Source: the human T2T-CHM13v2.0 reference genome, Homo sapiens. Taken from it: a stretch of 64,000 nt of DNA. A program made the position numbers and the translations under genes. The stretch lies in assembly GCF_009914755.1 (NCBI RefSeq), contig NC_060928.1; one strand, written 5' to 3'. This document shows, one piece after another, positions 14,303-29,127 of this stretch (position 1 is its first letter; each line of letters begins with the position of its first letter). The notes under the pieces are model-generated. The model had not been told where the DNA came from and made no database searches. It worked only from the letters and a program-made list of their open reading frames with translations.

Positions 14303-14787
14303 TGGTGGTAGAATAATAGCTCCCCAAATACATCACTATCATAATCGCTGAAACTTAGGTATATGTTACCTCACAAGGCAAAGGGACTTTGCCAAAGAGG
14401 TTAAAGATGTAACATGGGCAGATTATCCTGAATTATCCAGGTGAGCTCAATGTAACCAAAGTCTTCTTATGAGAGAGAATCAGGAGTGTCTGAATGAGAG
14501 AAGATATGACAATGGAAGCAAAGGTCAGAGAGAAAGAGATTGAAGATGCGATGATAACTTTGAACATAGAGGAAGGTTCTATAAGCCAAGGAATACAGGC
14601 AGCCTTTAGAAGCTCTAAAATGCAAGGAAAAGAATTTTATGTGAGAGTCTTCAGAAGGAACATGGCCATGCCAATACTGTGATTTAGAATTTTTTGACAT
14701 CCAAAACTTGAAAATAGTGTACTTTTGCTGTTTTAAGCTGACAGATTTAAGGTATCTGCTATGGCAGCAATAGAAAACTAACATACA
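14303..14787 (+). mobile_element. MLT1C/D MaLR LTR
   Basis: GGCAAAGGGACTTTGC, GATTATCCTGAATTATCCAGGTG, ends GCAGCAATAGAAAACTAACATACA. Confidence 0.85.
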
Positions 14788-14822
14788 GTGGATGGCAAGT
14801 TGGATTAGAAAATTAGCAATGA

Positions 14823-15108
<286 letters not shown>

Positions 15109-15145
15109 AGGAAAGAAAGAAAGAAAGAGAGAGAGAGAAAGAAAG

Positions 15146-15196
<51 letters not shown>

Positions 15197-15207
15197 AGAA
15201 AGAAAGA
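15109..15207 (+). repeat. (GAAA)n/(GA)n microsatellite derived from the Alu tail
   Basis: Read directly; lies between the Alu body and its 3' TSD. Confidence 0.95.
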
Positions 15208-15224
15208 GAAAATTAGCAATGAAG

Positions 15225-17350
15225 GTAGTGAGAACTGGTTGAAATAACCTTAGAACTTGTAGTAAGAACCATATATAAATAATTGATTTATGTGGATTAT
15301 GAAAGTCAAAGACAACTCCAAGGATTAGGCCCTGATCAACTGAAAAAATAAAACTGTTACTTTCTAATATGTAATTTATCTAGAAAGATTAAGGAAAGGA
15401 AAATGTAGCGGGTAGGATTACTGAGTGAAGACTCTGTGGGTGTGGCTGCCTTGTAAAGCTATTGGTGTTGACTATTTTAGTGACTTTAAAGTTGAAGTAA
15501 CTGTTAAATATCCAAGTGGAAAAGTTGAATTGGCATGTGGATTCAGGGAAGAGGGCTAGAATGAAGATACCTATTTGAAGATTATTGGTATCTGTGCTTC
15601 AAGGATGAATTTGATCATCTACTGGGCAGATAAAGAATAGAATGCACCAATGATTGGGCGCTACATAGTTTAGAGGTCAGGAAGATAAGAAGAAAACATT
15701 GAAGCAGATAAGTGTAATTTTTAAGAAATAGAAAACAGAATATTTGATTCTGAAAGTGAAGCGAAGATTAGGAAGGAGGTGGTCAAATGTATCCTACAGT
15801 ACAAATAAGAAAGGAATGAGGAAAAAGCTAATAGCAACTTAGATAAAAGATGCTTAAGTGGAGTAATACAGTTAGAAACCTGAGCAGACTGGAATAATAA
15901 AAAATTAGGAATAAAAATTGGATTGTGAGTACAGACAATGTCTTTGTGAAATTTTCTAATAGAGTAAAAAAATAAACAGGTAAGTTTAGTAGAAAGGTAA
16001 GTTTTCTTTCTTATGTTGAGATCTATTAGATAGTAATTTCATATTAAAGAGAATGATTTAGTAGAAATTGTTGGAATTATGAATGGATAGACAAGAGGGA
16101 TGGATTTCATTAGATCATGGAGAAATTCAGCTCATCTAGGAGGAAGGAAGGAAACGTGTTCACAACTGTGCTAAACGTCTGTAGATGTCCAGTACTGATT
16201 CATTTTATTTTTTTCTAAGAGAAGTAGGCAGCAAGATAAATGGCTGAGTCAAAACTAAATACTTGATGCTTGAAAAAAAAAAGAAATAAAATAGTCAAAT
16301 AGTAGACTATTATGGTTACAAATGGGGCACAATTGTGTGGCAGGCATGAACTTACTAGGGATTTGGATGAAAACAGGCTGGGGTTTGACAAAGACAGAAA
16401 ATGACAAAGACAGTTTATGATGAAGACAGAAAATGTCAAGAGCACTGTGGGTTTATGGAAGGGTTCATGAAATGCAGTAATAACTGGTATGGCCAACAGC
16501 ATATAATCTCAACAGCAAAAGAAGTTGAGGACATGAGGAGGAACAGATAGCAGAATAATGGTAGGACCAATGAATTAGAGATCTTATTTGGATTAATAAT
16601 TGTAGTTTGGGTAAAAGAGCTTATAAGTTGGAGAAATTGGAGGAGATTGGTAGATGGAGAGAATAAAATTTGAAAACTACATTATGGAGGAGTTGTAGCT
16701 ATTGATAATAATGATATTTAGGTATGACCATAGGCACAGAGATGACTGAGGTAGAGGGAGGAAAATATTATTGAAGAAAAGGGATTGAATGACCAATATT
16801 TTAAATCATTTTGTAAATATTAAAAATCTCAAAAATCATTACAACAAAGATCTGAGGCCAAAGCCTCAGGTATGCTCAGGAAGAGAAATGAAAACCACCT
16901 GGAATTATCAAAGAAAAAGCAAAGGAGAACTACTACACCTCCTGGTCAATGATGCGTGGAGTGACAGAGAAAAGGAGCCACCAACTCCTCAAAAAGTGAG
17001 GAGAACTTTCAGTGAAGATACGAGTGATAAATAGGGTGTGTTGACGAAAGAGGTGTATCCCAGAGTATAAGAAGAAGGTTTTAGGAGCAAGTGTGAAGTG
17101 GGATTAGGGTGGGGATAGACAGAACTGCAATGGGATCCAAGGTACTGGTGAAAAAAGGTCATGGGAGTTTGGGCTTGTTTGGGGGACCTGGAGAAACAGT
17201 GATAAATGGCATAGTGTCAATGTCTTAATGCAGATTGTCGTGATAATGCTGGCTCTATGGAGTTTATATTTAAAAATTGATGCTGTAGTCATGAAAAAAT
17301 TATTCTTATGGCAAATGAGAGAATAAGTCAGTGCTAGGAGAGGATTTAAT
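15225..17350 (-). mobile_element. Long degraded L2 remnant
   Basis: Purine-rich + strand with antisense L2 words (GTCAAAGACAACTCCAAGG; ATATCCAAGTGGA; TTTAGAGGTCAGGAAGA); right boundary uncertain. Confidence 0.55.
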
Positions 17351-19149
17351 TGCAATAAAATTATGAATGATATACAAATTTTCATGAATGACAAATGCTG
17401 TTAATTATTTCCAAATTGAAAAATAATGTATTTAAGATTATTAAAATCTTACAACCTCCCAAAGGTTTCCAATTAAAAAGTGAAATTTACTACATTCAAT
17501 TTTAGCTAAAGATCTAGATTAGAAGACCAATAGGCCAGTAAGCCTTAATAAGTCTTTAATGTAAACTTTTAACCTCATTTAAAACCAGATTGTATTCAGT
17601 CTAAGTTATTTAGTGTTAAGTGACTTTATTAATAAGTTCGATTGAATTATTCATTAACTGATACAGTATCTTGAGCTTTGGTGAAAATTTTTATTTCTTT
17701 CTGGAGTCAAAGAGTTTTAAATGTTTTGGCTCATTTTATTAAGTTACAACAATGTCCCTATATGTAATGAATGTCTGCAATTCTAGTCTAGACTAAGAAA
17801 TGAGCTTGCATTGTGAACTGAGTCACCTCAAACATGTAAGACAATGTGAGTAATGGTGAAAATGCTAAAACCTCGTAAGTATGTGTTCCATGTGGGATCC
17901 TCCTGCAAATTTAACACAAAAGCAATGTCATCTAATTGTTAGCATATGGAAAAAATACAATTCTGACAAAAAGAAGAGGCTTGTCACTTCATTTAAGTAT
18001 GATGTACTCACTGCTAACAATGAGCTCTTTGCCTGCTCTGTTATTAGCACCTCACTTTCTTGTGAATTTCTAATCACAGTGTGAAAATTCTATGCTAAAT
18101 AGCTTCAACAATTATGAGGAATGCTCTATTTCATCATTTTGTTTCAAAGTATTTTGTAAAAAATATACTGACATTCCCAGGATGGGGGTGGGGCTGGAAT
18201 CATGAGAATACTATCAAAAGTCAAAAGCGGTTTCTAAAAGGGACATGTCCTAAGGACAGAGGCATCCTCAGTTGCTAAAGATATATTTAAACAGGAAAAG
18301 TAAAGCTTTAATAGCTCTTTCAGTGTCCATCTGTGAAACCTGCCACCCCTTCCAAAATGGATGCCACCTCTGTCCAAGATAAGGTGTATCTCTTTTGTAG
18401 CATTTCAACACCGTTGTGTTTTCAAATAGCAGTCAATCAACACTGGCCCAGGTGAACTTCAACTGTGCACAGAATCATCACTCAGCTTTCCCAGAAGTGG
18501 TTGGCATCCTTAGAGGGAAATCAAAGACCGAAAAATAAATAAAACCACAATAAAACAATAACAAAAGCATACCACCTCCACACCTCCAAAACACAAAGGA
18601 ATAAATTTTTAAATATTAAATGTTTAAAATTGTGATAAGGTCTACCTAATATTCCACATATGGTGCTAAGTAAGGTGTGTCTTGACTTTCCGAATCCTTG
18701 TGTCCTTTTCACTATGATCAATTCATCTAAATCACCCACTGTTACTTATATGTCACTTGAATGATAATGGCTTTTGTTTTTACAATTCTAGAAATTTAAA
18801 TCCTGCAAATTGAACTGTTTAGGCATGTAATTTTAGTTCAGAGAATTTTCTCACCTAGAGCTCTCACTAGGTGACACTGTTCTACCACCTAGAAGTGCTT
18901 CCAATTGTATGCACGAAAGGACCGCCCGTACTTTTTTGCCTTCCTAAGAAAGGAGCTACATTTTGAAGAATTTTGTTTTCATAGATCTCAGATTGTGCCA
19001 AATTTTAAATGAAAAAAATATTAGTTTTTCATAACTTGAGAGAAATTTTTTTTGAACTGTGAAGTCTACTGTATTTGTTTGTTTGTGAGGTGTAAAAAGC
19101 TTTATGCCTAGTCCCCAATTCTTAAAATCTGTATTCAAAGCAGTATCCA

Positions 19150-19750
19150 GTGATAATGGCTGATATATGACTATTTATTTTGTATCAGGTACTATCTTAG
19201 GTGCTTTATGTGTATTGAATAATGTAATCCTCAAAGCAATCTTAAAAGTCATGACTGATTTTCTTTTTCAAATTATTTTAAAATAAGAAAATGGGTGCAC
19301 GGAAAAGTTAAATAAGTAATCCATCATCATACATCTATTAATTAACAGAGCAACCTCATTGAGGAGCCTGTGTACTTGACCACTGCCAACTGTTCCCTCT
19401 CATTCTCCATGACTACCTACAGATCAACCTAACTGATTTCAAGTTCAGTTTCTCACAAAACAGAGATTGAAAGTCAACAATCAGTTTCTTTTATTTTTTG
19501 GTTTTAGCATAATAAACAATATCAAATCCAGTTTTATATCAATGACATGTAAGTGTTAAGGGGTGAAGTCAGCATGCATAAATTTAAATCTCAGCCCTAT
19601 AATATACTGGATATTAAAATTGGGCAAGTTATCTAAACTCCTAAAGCCTATAAATGGGGAATTTTCACAGTATCTAACTCAAGTAGCTATTGTGAGTATT
19701 TAATCAAATAATTGATTGTCATCTAGCACTATTCATGAGATGTGGTTATT
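19150..19750. mobile_element. Two MIR fragments in opposite orientation
   Basis: AAATAAGAAAATGGGTGCACGGAAAAGTTAAATAA (minus) and TTGGGCAAGTTATCTAAACTCCT...TAAATGGGGA (plus). Confidence 0.6.
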
Positions 19751-20470
19751 ATTATTTGAAATACTTTTCAAGCAAAATGAAATTCTTTCTGGGTGCCTTC
19801 TCAGATTAACACCAAAGAGATGATGTATTATGAATACAGAATTAGCTAATTTGAAGATAAAAGTGTACTCATAAAAAGTTAAATATTTTTGGACATCTAC
19901 CTGCAATAATAAATGTAGCCTTAGCAGAGTTAATTTATAATATTCTTTTATACCATAATTGGACAGGTTTATTGAGGTTTCCTGTGAGAAAAACTAAGTC
20001 ATTTCATCTACACATAATCTTCTAAGAATCAGGTACTTACTCTCCTCCAAGATGGGGTAAGGACAACAATGTATTAATGGTCTGCTATGTTCTGTAGATG
20101 TTAGCTTTTTCTTGTAACACAATCCGTGCCTCCTCACCTCCCTCAACAATCTCTTTCCAATGTGTCCTCTTACAATTTCACTGTATTATGAGTACATTCT
20201 CCAACTCTTCTACAGATACATACTCTACTTACTGTCTTTAATTAAGTTCTAAAATGACTTTTCATTCATATTTTTATTGGTATTTTATATTGTTTTAGAT
20301 TTAGGCGGCACGTGTGCAGGTTCTTTACATAGACATATCACATAGTGGTGAAATTTGGGCTTCTAGTGAACCCATCACCCAAATAGTGAACATTGTACCC
20401 AATAGGTAATTTTTTATCCCTCATCCTCCTCCCACCCTCCCCTTTTTTGGAGTCCCCGGTGTCTATTATT

Positions 20471-20778
<308 letters not shown>

Positions 20779-21430
20779 GGTGTGTATTATTGCTATCATT
20801 AAACTTGTGTGTAATCGTTGTTTAGCTCCAATTATAAGTGAGAACATGTGGTATTTGATTTTTCTGCTTCTGAGTTATTTCACTTAGGATAATGGCTTCC
20901 AGTTTCATCCCTGGTTCTACAAAAGACATGATTTCATTTTTTTTATGGTGGCATAGTATCTCATGATGTGTACCACATTTTCTTTATTCAGTCAGCTGTC
21001 GATGGACACTTAGGTTGATTCCATGACTTTGCTATTGTGAATAGTGTTGTGATAAACATATCAGTGCAGGTGTCTGTACGATAAAATGATTTCTTTTCTT
21101 CTGGATAGATACCACGTAGTGGGATTTCTCAGTCTAATGGCAGTTCTATGTTTAGTTCTTCGAGAACTCTTCATACTCCATAGAAGTAGAACTAATTTAA
21201 ACCTTCCAGCAGCAGTGTACAAGTGTTTTCTTTTCTACACATTCTTTCCAACATATTTTTTGACATTTTAATAATGGCCATTCTAAATGGTATGAGATAG
21301 TATCTCAGTGTGGTTTTCATTTGCATTTTACTGATGATTAGTGATGCTGAACATTTTTCACATTTTTGGCCACTTGTGTGTCTTTTTTTAAGAAATACTG
21401 GTTTGTGTTCTTTGTCCACTTTAAAAAAAA

Positions 21431-21712
21431 ATTATTATTATTATTTTTAGAAATGAGGTCCCAGCTACTCAGGAGGCTGAGTCAGGAGAATGGCATGAAC
21501 CCGGGAGGTGGAACTTACAGTGAGCCCAGATCGCGCCACAGCACTCGAGCCTGGGTGGCAGAGCGAGACTCTGTCTCAAAAAAAAAAAAAAAAAAAAAGG
21601 AAAAAAAAAAGAAATGAGGTCTTGTGATATTGCCCACACTGGTCTCAAGCAATCCTCCCACCTCAGCCTTCCAAAATGCTGGGATTACAGGCGTGAGCTA
21701 CCATGCCCAGCC
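21431..21712 (-). mobile_element. FLAM/AluJ left monomer, interrupted by a truncated AluY
   Basis: (TTA)n tail + TAGAAATGAGGTC|TTGTGATATTGCCC...CCATGCCCAGCC; degenerate TSD TG(T/A)CCACTTT. Confidence 0.8.
21461..21609 (+). mobile_element. 5'-truncated AluY (right arm only)
   Basis: GGAGAATGGCATGAACCCGGGAGG..AGATCGCGCCAC (Y-type), long A-tail, perfect 12-bp TSD AGAAATGAGGTC. Confidence 0.9.
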
Positions 21713-22054
21713 TGACCACTTTGTAATGGAGTTAGTTATGTTTTCTCCTTGTTGATTTGTTTGAGCTCCTTATAGATTCTGGATATTAGTCCTTTGTTGG
21801 ATGCATAATTTGCAAATATTTTGTCTCATTCTATAGGTTGCCTGTTTACCCTGTGAAAGTCTATTTTGCTGTGCAGAAGCTCTTCGGTTTGTCTGATTTG
21901 TCTATTTTTTGTTGCTACATTTGCTTTTCATGTTTTAGTCATAAATTCTTTGCTTACTCAAATGTCCAGAAGAGTTTTTCCTAGGTTTTCTTCTAGGATT
22001 TTTACAGTTTCAGGTCTTACATTTACATTTTTAATCCATCTTGAGTTAATTTTT

Positions 22055-22344
22055 GTCCAGGTACAGTGGCCCATGCCTGTAATGCCAACACTTTGGGAAG
22101 ACAAGACAGGTGGATCACTTAAGCCCAGGAATTCTATACCAGCCTGGACAACATGGCAAGACCCTGTCTCTAAAAAAATAAAAATAAAATTATCCGGGCA
22201 TCGTGGAGTGCACTTGCATTCCTAGCTACTCAGGAGGCTGAGGTGGAAGGATTGCTTGATCCCAGGTCAAGTCTGTAGTGAGTCATGATTGAGCCACTGC
22301 ACTCCAGCCTAGGCAATAGAGTGACAATAAATAAATAAATAAAT
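22055..22344 (+). mobile_element. AluJ inside L1PB
   Basis: GGATCACTTAAGCCCAGG, (AAAT)n tail, TSD GAGTTAATTTTT. Confidence 0.9.
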
Positions 22345-22391
22345 AAGAGTTAATTTTTTATATGGTGAGAGATGGGGGTTCAATTTTATTC

Positions 22392-22569
22392 GTGTGTGTA
22401 TATATATGTGTATATATATACATACATATGTATGTGTATATATACACACACACACATGTATGTATATATATACACATACATATGTATGTATATATATACA
22501 CATACATATGTATGTATATATATACACATACATATGTATGTATATATGTATACACACATATATATATAT
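22392..22569. repeat. Compound (TA/TG/CA) repeat with a ~26-bp higher-order unit
   Basis: Recurrent TATATATACACATACATATGTATGTA. Confidence 0.9.
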
Positions 22570-24683
22570 GGCTAACCAGTTTTCCCAGCATTCCCAGCAC
22601 CATTTATTGAATAGGGTGTGCTTTCCCCATTGTTTGTTTTGTCAGCTTTGTAAAGGTCAGTTAATTGTAGGTGTTTGGCTTTATTTCTGAGTTCTCTATT
22701 CTGTTCCATTGTTATACATGTCTATTTTTGTACCACAACCATGCTATTTTGGTTACTATAGCTTTGTAGTATAGTTTGAAGACAGGTAACATAATGCCTC
22801 TAGTTCTGTTCTTCTTGCTTAGGATTGCTTTGACTATTTGGCCTCTCTTTTCATTTTATATAAATTTTAGAAGTTTTTTCTAATTCTGTAAAAAATGACT
22901 TTTTTACAGAAACTTGGACTGCTATAGTCCAGGTTTTTGGGGAGAAAAAAAATGTATACTGGAGCAGAATTAAATATTGCAATGCCAAGCACAGCAGGGC
23001 TCAGTTCTTTTTGCCATATTGCTTCCTGTTCTATATAAGGCTTCAAATTTCCACTGTAACTTTTATTAATGAAATCCACATCATGGTACTATACAGCTGA
23101 ATCTGAATGATGAGAGAATAAATGTAGTTACACTGAAGACTGGGTCTCTTTTTTGTAACAATATCTTGTCTAGATCCTTCTGATCCACATAGCTTTCAAA
23201 GGAGAACAAAAACACAAATCTGTTCAAATGGAAGTATACATCTTTATACATGCATGGTATATAGATGCAATAATATACCAGTAGCTGGTATTAATTGCCT
23301 TTGAAGGATGCAGCAGGAAAATTGGTATAAAAGTCTCATGAGGAAGATTTTTTTTCTGTTTAGCCTTCAGTTTCTATCATTACCTATATAAACTAAAGAA
23401 AATATATTCCTTTAATAAAGTAAATAGCATATTTTATTATAGTTGAAACTAGTGTTTTTTTCTGAGCATTCTGGTGAAATATATATTTTTTTTAAAAAAG
23501 ATATCTATCTTCATCATTTGTAAGTTCTAAAATGTTGCTTTTTTCCCTTTGAAGTTCACTAATTATCCAATGTTAGTCTTTTCTTGAAGGTGAGCAAATT
23601 TACCCACAATTAAATATGAGATTCATTGCAGACTTTTGCATTTTATCTGAGAACGAAAATCACCAACATCAGCTAAATTTCTTACATAATCTGAAATGAG
23701 TTCAGGGTTTCTAATTAAACCAGGATAAATTGCTTTGATCAAAATATTTTGAGAAAAGTCAGTTAATACAGATTGCAAAAGAAGCTCTCTAAGTTTGTCT
23801 TGCTTTAAATTTGTCTCTTCAAATTTGTATCTTCAAAGTAGTTTTTCTCCTCTCCTTATTGATTAACTAGTTTCCACTTTTGCTTCTAAAATGAACCTCA
23901 GCTTTGTGTGCATATTCCCTTGTTCCTTGAGGCTCGTTTTTGATCTTTAGCTTATTTATATTCCTAGACTCTGAAACTTTCTCTCAAGCTTGTACCTTCC
24001 TTTACTAGTTTTTGACTTGGCTATTCCAACCCCAGTCTCTCTGAGCCATCTCTGTCTTGATTGAAAATAATTCATACTGAATATTTAATTTCTTATTCAT
24101 AATACTTTCTAGATAAAAACTGTTTGAGTAATTTTTAATTTAGAATTTTTATCTACTGATTTTTCTCTTTCTTCTTCAGCAAAAACATTAAAGGCCTAAC
24201 TGTAATTAAAAGCACACTGTGTCTTCATATTGTACTTGGCTATTAGACACAGACATTTATTAGCTTAGCTGTTACCTGGGTCACTCTGTCCTAATAGAGT
24301 GCTATGATATAATATGATACTTTGTAATGAGATAAAAATCTATGGCACCAAACAATAAAAATGTATTTGACCCTGCCTGTTGCTTGGGCTGAAAAAAATT
24401 AATTCACTGAAACCAAATTAATAGTTTGTGAAGTACACTGATTTTATCAACCATCATTTTAGAAGAAAAATTTGAGAATTATAGAATATTCCATCAATTT
24501 CTCTTTGCCAAGTTAAAATGGAATGTTATAACATAAAAGTATTTAAGCTACCCAGGGATTTGTGCTTATACTATATTGATCCTCAAATGTACTAGCTATC
24601 AATATATTGTTCTACTATCCTTTTAACATTTTCTATTATGACAACAATTAAAATCATTTGCAGGAAAATGTTTACTTAATTAA

Positions 24684-25067
<384 letters not shown>

Positions 25068-25257
25068 TGAATTCATTTAAAAAAGAAATTACCTTGATAG
25101 TGCAGGATTTTTTTTTGAAAAAAATGGCTGCAAGGGTTTGTAGACTTTTTAGTGTTTTTTTGTTTATTTAACTTTTTATTCTTTATATTATTTGTTTTAT
25201 TTAAAAACCTTATATGCTAATGAAGTCAGCAGAATATTAAGGACCATCAGTCAATAA

Positions 25258-25585
<328 letters not shown>

Positions 25586-26609
25586 TACAAAGTCATAGTT
25601 AATATTAAAAGTGGATATAAAATGGATATAAAATGGTGCTTGATGGATCAACAATAAAATTGAAATTTGTAAGGTAGATCTTTAAAGAAATGTCAGCTAG
25701 TTTATGTTTGTGTTTCTGATAATATTAAGGTCGTAAGGTAATAGTACCTTAAAACGTGAATCGATACTGAATTCAAGCCAGACCTAGATGATAGTGGAGA
25801 GGGATAACAGTCTCAAAAATTACTCAGTAAGGAAGAGATAACCTTCCTATGAGACTTCCTAAATGACACTTGTGTAGAGTGGCCTCATCTTCTAAAGCAA
25901 AGGTAAGGTATTAGTTCTTACAAATATTAATTTACCGATATGTGTAATGGGTACAACATGTTTAAAATAAAGTCTCCAATACAATTATATACATGGACAA
26001 TTTAAGTAGTATCCACATTAATTCAGCATCACTATGATTTTCTTAATGATTTCTCTGCTTGGCCAGTACGTGTCCTTCATTATAGTTGTATTCATTTTAT
26101 TTTCATGCTTCATAATAAGATGATAAACTAGATGATGAGATTAGATATATTTTGTTGTTGCTATGACAATGAATTAACTTTTTAGTTCCTACAGACAGCA
26201 TTTAATTTAAAAACAACCATTAACCCAGTTTTGAAGGTGGAAAAGAAAATATTATTTGGATTAAGAAAATTGCCCGAGATCATTTGTCAAGAGCAAGAGA
26301 AAACTACCTCTCTAATTTCGGAAACTGTGTTTTCAATTTCTATGTGCGCATCTACATGCACACACACACATTCACACTAATGCTCTTGAGACACAATAAG
26401 AAGTAGAGGATGGGATTGTGTCTTGGTGATTATATTAGATAAAAGCTATTCACTTAGAAAACATTTTATCTAGCATGGGCTAGGTTCTATAGATACAAAG
26501 ATAAACAAGACTTGATGCTCCTTTAAAGAAGTGCAGTGTCCAAAAGAGGAGATAAAATATAAGTGGATCACTTCACAGAGGAAGAGCATTTGTGACCATG
26601 AGAACACAC

Positions 26610-27040
26610 CTTGTAGATCTTCAACTACAGGGAGCATGAGGACAGAGACCCCAGGTGCTTGCTCTAAAATCCAATCTGTGTTTTTGACCTCAGGCCACGC
26701 TTTTTCTACAGTCCATGTCTAGCTAACAAATGACTGCCTTCAAGATAGTAAGCCAGACCCCTGCCAACTTTGGCTCCCTGACTCCTCAAAGACTCTAAGA
26801 ACCTTTCCAAGGCATTCTGAAATGCTATGTCCAACCTCCTTGTCCTTTTTCTTTCACTTGGGGCCAGTTTTGCATTGCAGTCTGGTGGTTTTCTCATCTT
26901 AATCAGCTCCCACTCTAGTTTCTCTCATATAGACATTTCACCTAATATAGCTTTTGCAGGTTTAGTCATATCTTAGTATGTGTCTCTTAAACAATCTTAG
27001 AAGATCTTGGTGTCTGCTTCTTAGAGGACCAACACAACAC
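26610..27040. mobile_element. Old ERVL-class LTR (LTR33/LTR41-like)
   Basis: Terminal ATCTTGGTGTCTGCTTCTTAGAGGACC..AACAC motif typical of old ERVL LTR ends. Confidence 0.5.
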
Positions 27041-27287
27041 TCAACTGAAGCAGTGAGTAGAGGTGGGCTTTCTGAAGGAGGATGTGCCTGTATTGATGAA
27101 ATGCTACAACTAAACATACACTCCACTCAAACGTCAGGCTAGGTAGAGCTAACATGAATAGAAGGACTGGTCATTAGTTAGGCTTTGCTCTCCAGTCACT
27201 TTTACCTACAATTCCACAATCAAAAATTAACTTAGTCGAGTGGAAGTTTTTTGATCTGTGGGAGCCACCTATAAAAAAGTGAATGTG

Positions 27288-27617
<330 letters not shown>

Positions 27618-27969
27618 TTATTGTATTTTACTGTCTTCGTTGTTTTTGAGGGAAAGAGAATGAATGATTGGGACATAGAGTCAAGGTGTGGAGAGAGACA
27701 AGACTGGAGGCAACAGAGCCAAGTAACAGGTCAAGGATAGAGAAAGCACCATAAAGTCTAGAGATTGCCTCCCAAAAGTGGGTGTTACAACAATTCTCAG
27801 ACATTGATATTAACCAGTGTGTTCATATTTCAAACTTTACTATTAAACCCACTAGTTTGAATTAATTATTCATGTGCCTGACTCCCAGACTTCTGTAGAT
27901 GAATACAGTTTTGTACACCTACTCTCAGTTTAGGATTTGACATATAATGGGTAACAGTTATTTGTTTCA

Positions 27970-28545
27970 ACATTTATTCCTTTACTCATTTATTCATCCA
28001 TTCATTTATGCATGAATTTAACAAACGTGGAATAACTGTATAAGAACCAGGGACTATATTAGAAGTTGAGGTTTCAGCCATGAATAAAACAACTCTGCAA
28101 TCTACTGTAGCTTGCATTCTAGTAAGAAAAAGCACTTAATAAATGTATAGACAAATGAGTATCAAATATGTTATATGGCAAATGCTGTGAAGAAAAATAA
28201 ACCAGGGTGAGGGATAGTGAGTAACTGGGGAGTACAGAGGGATATTAATTCAATAAGGTAGTCAGGGAAGGTATAGCTGAAAGGATGATATTTAACAGAA
28301 ACCTGAATAAATCTAAAGGAAAAATACACGTAAATAGCTAGGGGAAGTGCTCCAAGTTGAGGGAACAGTGGTTATAAAAACACTGAGGCAGAAGTGTGCT
28401 TGGAGAGTTTGATTAACATCAAGGGATCCGATGTGTCCAATGTGGCTGGATTAGGATAAAAAGTGTGATCAAGGCCGGAAATGGGGGAATTGTACCTATG
28501 GACAGGTATAAGATCAGGCGGGGTCTTGTCTGCTATAATACATAC
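27970..28545 (-). mobile_element. L2 3' portion
   Basis: (CATT)n-like terminus, AGCTTGCATTCTAGT, AAATGCTGTGAAGAAAAATAAACCAGGG, GGTAGTCAGGGAAGG. Confidence 0.8.
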
Positions 28546-28588
28546 AATAGAGGATCTTATTAGAAGAGGTATCCCAGCATTTATTTGC
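28399..28588 (+). repeat. Donor copy of a 190-bp local duplication (second copy at 30075-30264)
   Basis: Hand alignment: ungapped, 9 mismatches in 190 bp. Confidence 0.95.
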
Positions 28589-29127
28589 CAGGAATTTGCT
28601 AATATTTACAAGTTTTTGTAAAATGTCCCTCTCTCATAAGTGTTCATTTTAAATAAAACTACTTTCCATAAACTGCATCTAAGGTATGTCACAGTATTAA
28701 CAAACAGGTCTAATCTTTACAACTTGGTACATTCGGCTGGACTAATATACCATCCAACTATCTGGTGTAATTTAGTTGACAGCTGTTCTCTCCAATAATA
28801 TGTCACCCTTGAGATAGTCTGATATTTGAGCAGTCCTAAATTATTTTTTATTTAGCTATATCCAGCAAATAATTTAATGGATTTGGTGAGAACAAGCCGG
28901 CTATCAAAACAAATGGATTCAATTTTCAGGAAAAATGACATTTTGTAAAAGAAAGTATTTGATAAATAGCACTTTAACTTGAAGACGATTGATAATCTCA
29001 TCTAATAGTTTATACAATTGCAGATACATTGATGTAAATACAAGAAAGCATTTAAAAGTAACTTTTAAAGTTCTCTCTAATTAAAAATGTACTTAATGAA
29101 TGAATATTTTCTAGAGTCTATTGAGTG

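Noticed and set aside
17800-17882. Cluster of GT donor-like sites (GTAAGA, GTGAGT, GTAAGT) on the + strand
   Set aside because: No good polypyrimidine acceptor or sustained reading frame; cannot support an exon.
22309-22690. Overlapping Y/I/H/M/C-rich ORFs
   Set aside because: Translations of a TA/TG/CA microsatellite; the same applies to the ORFs at 51082-51416.
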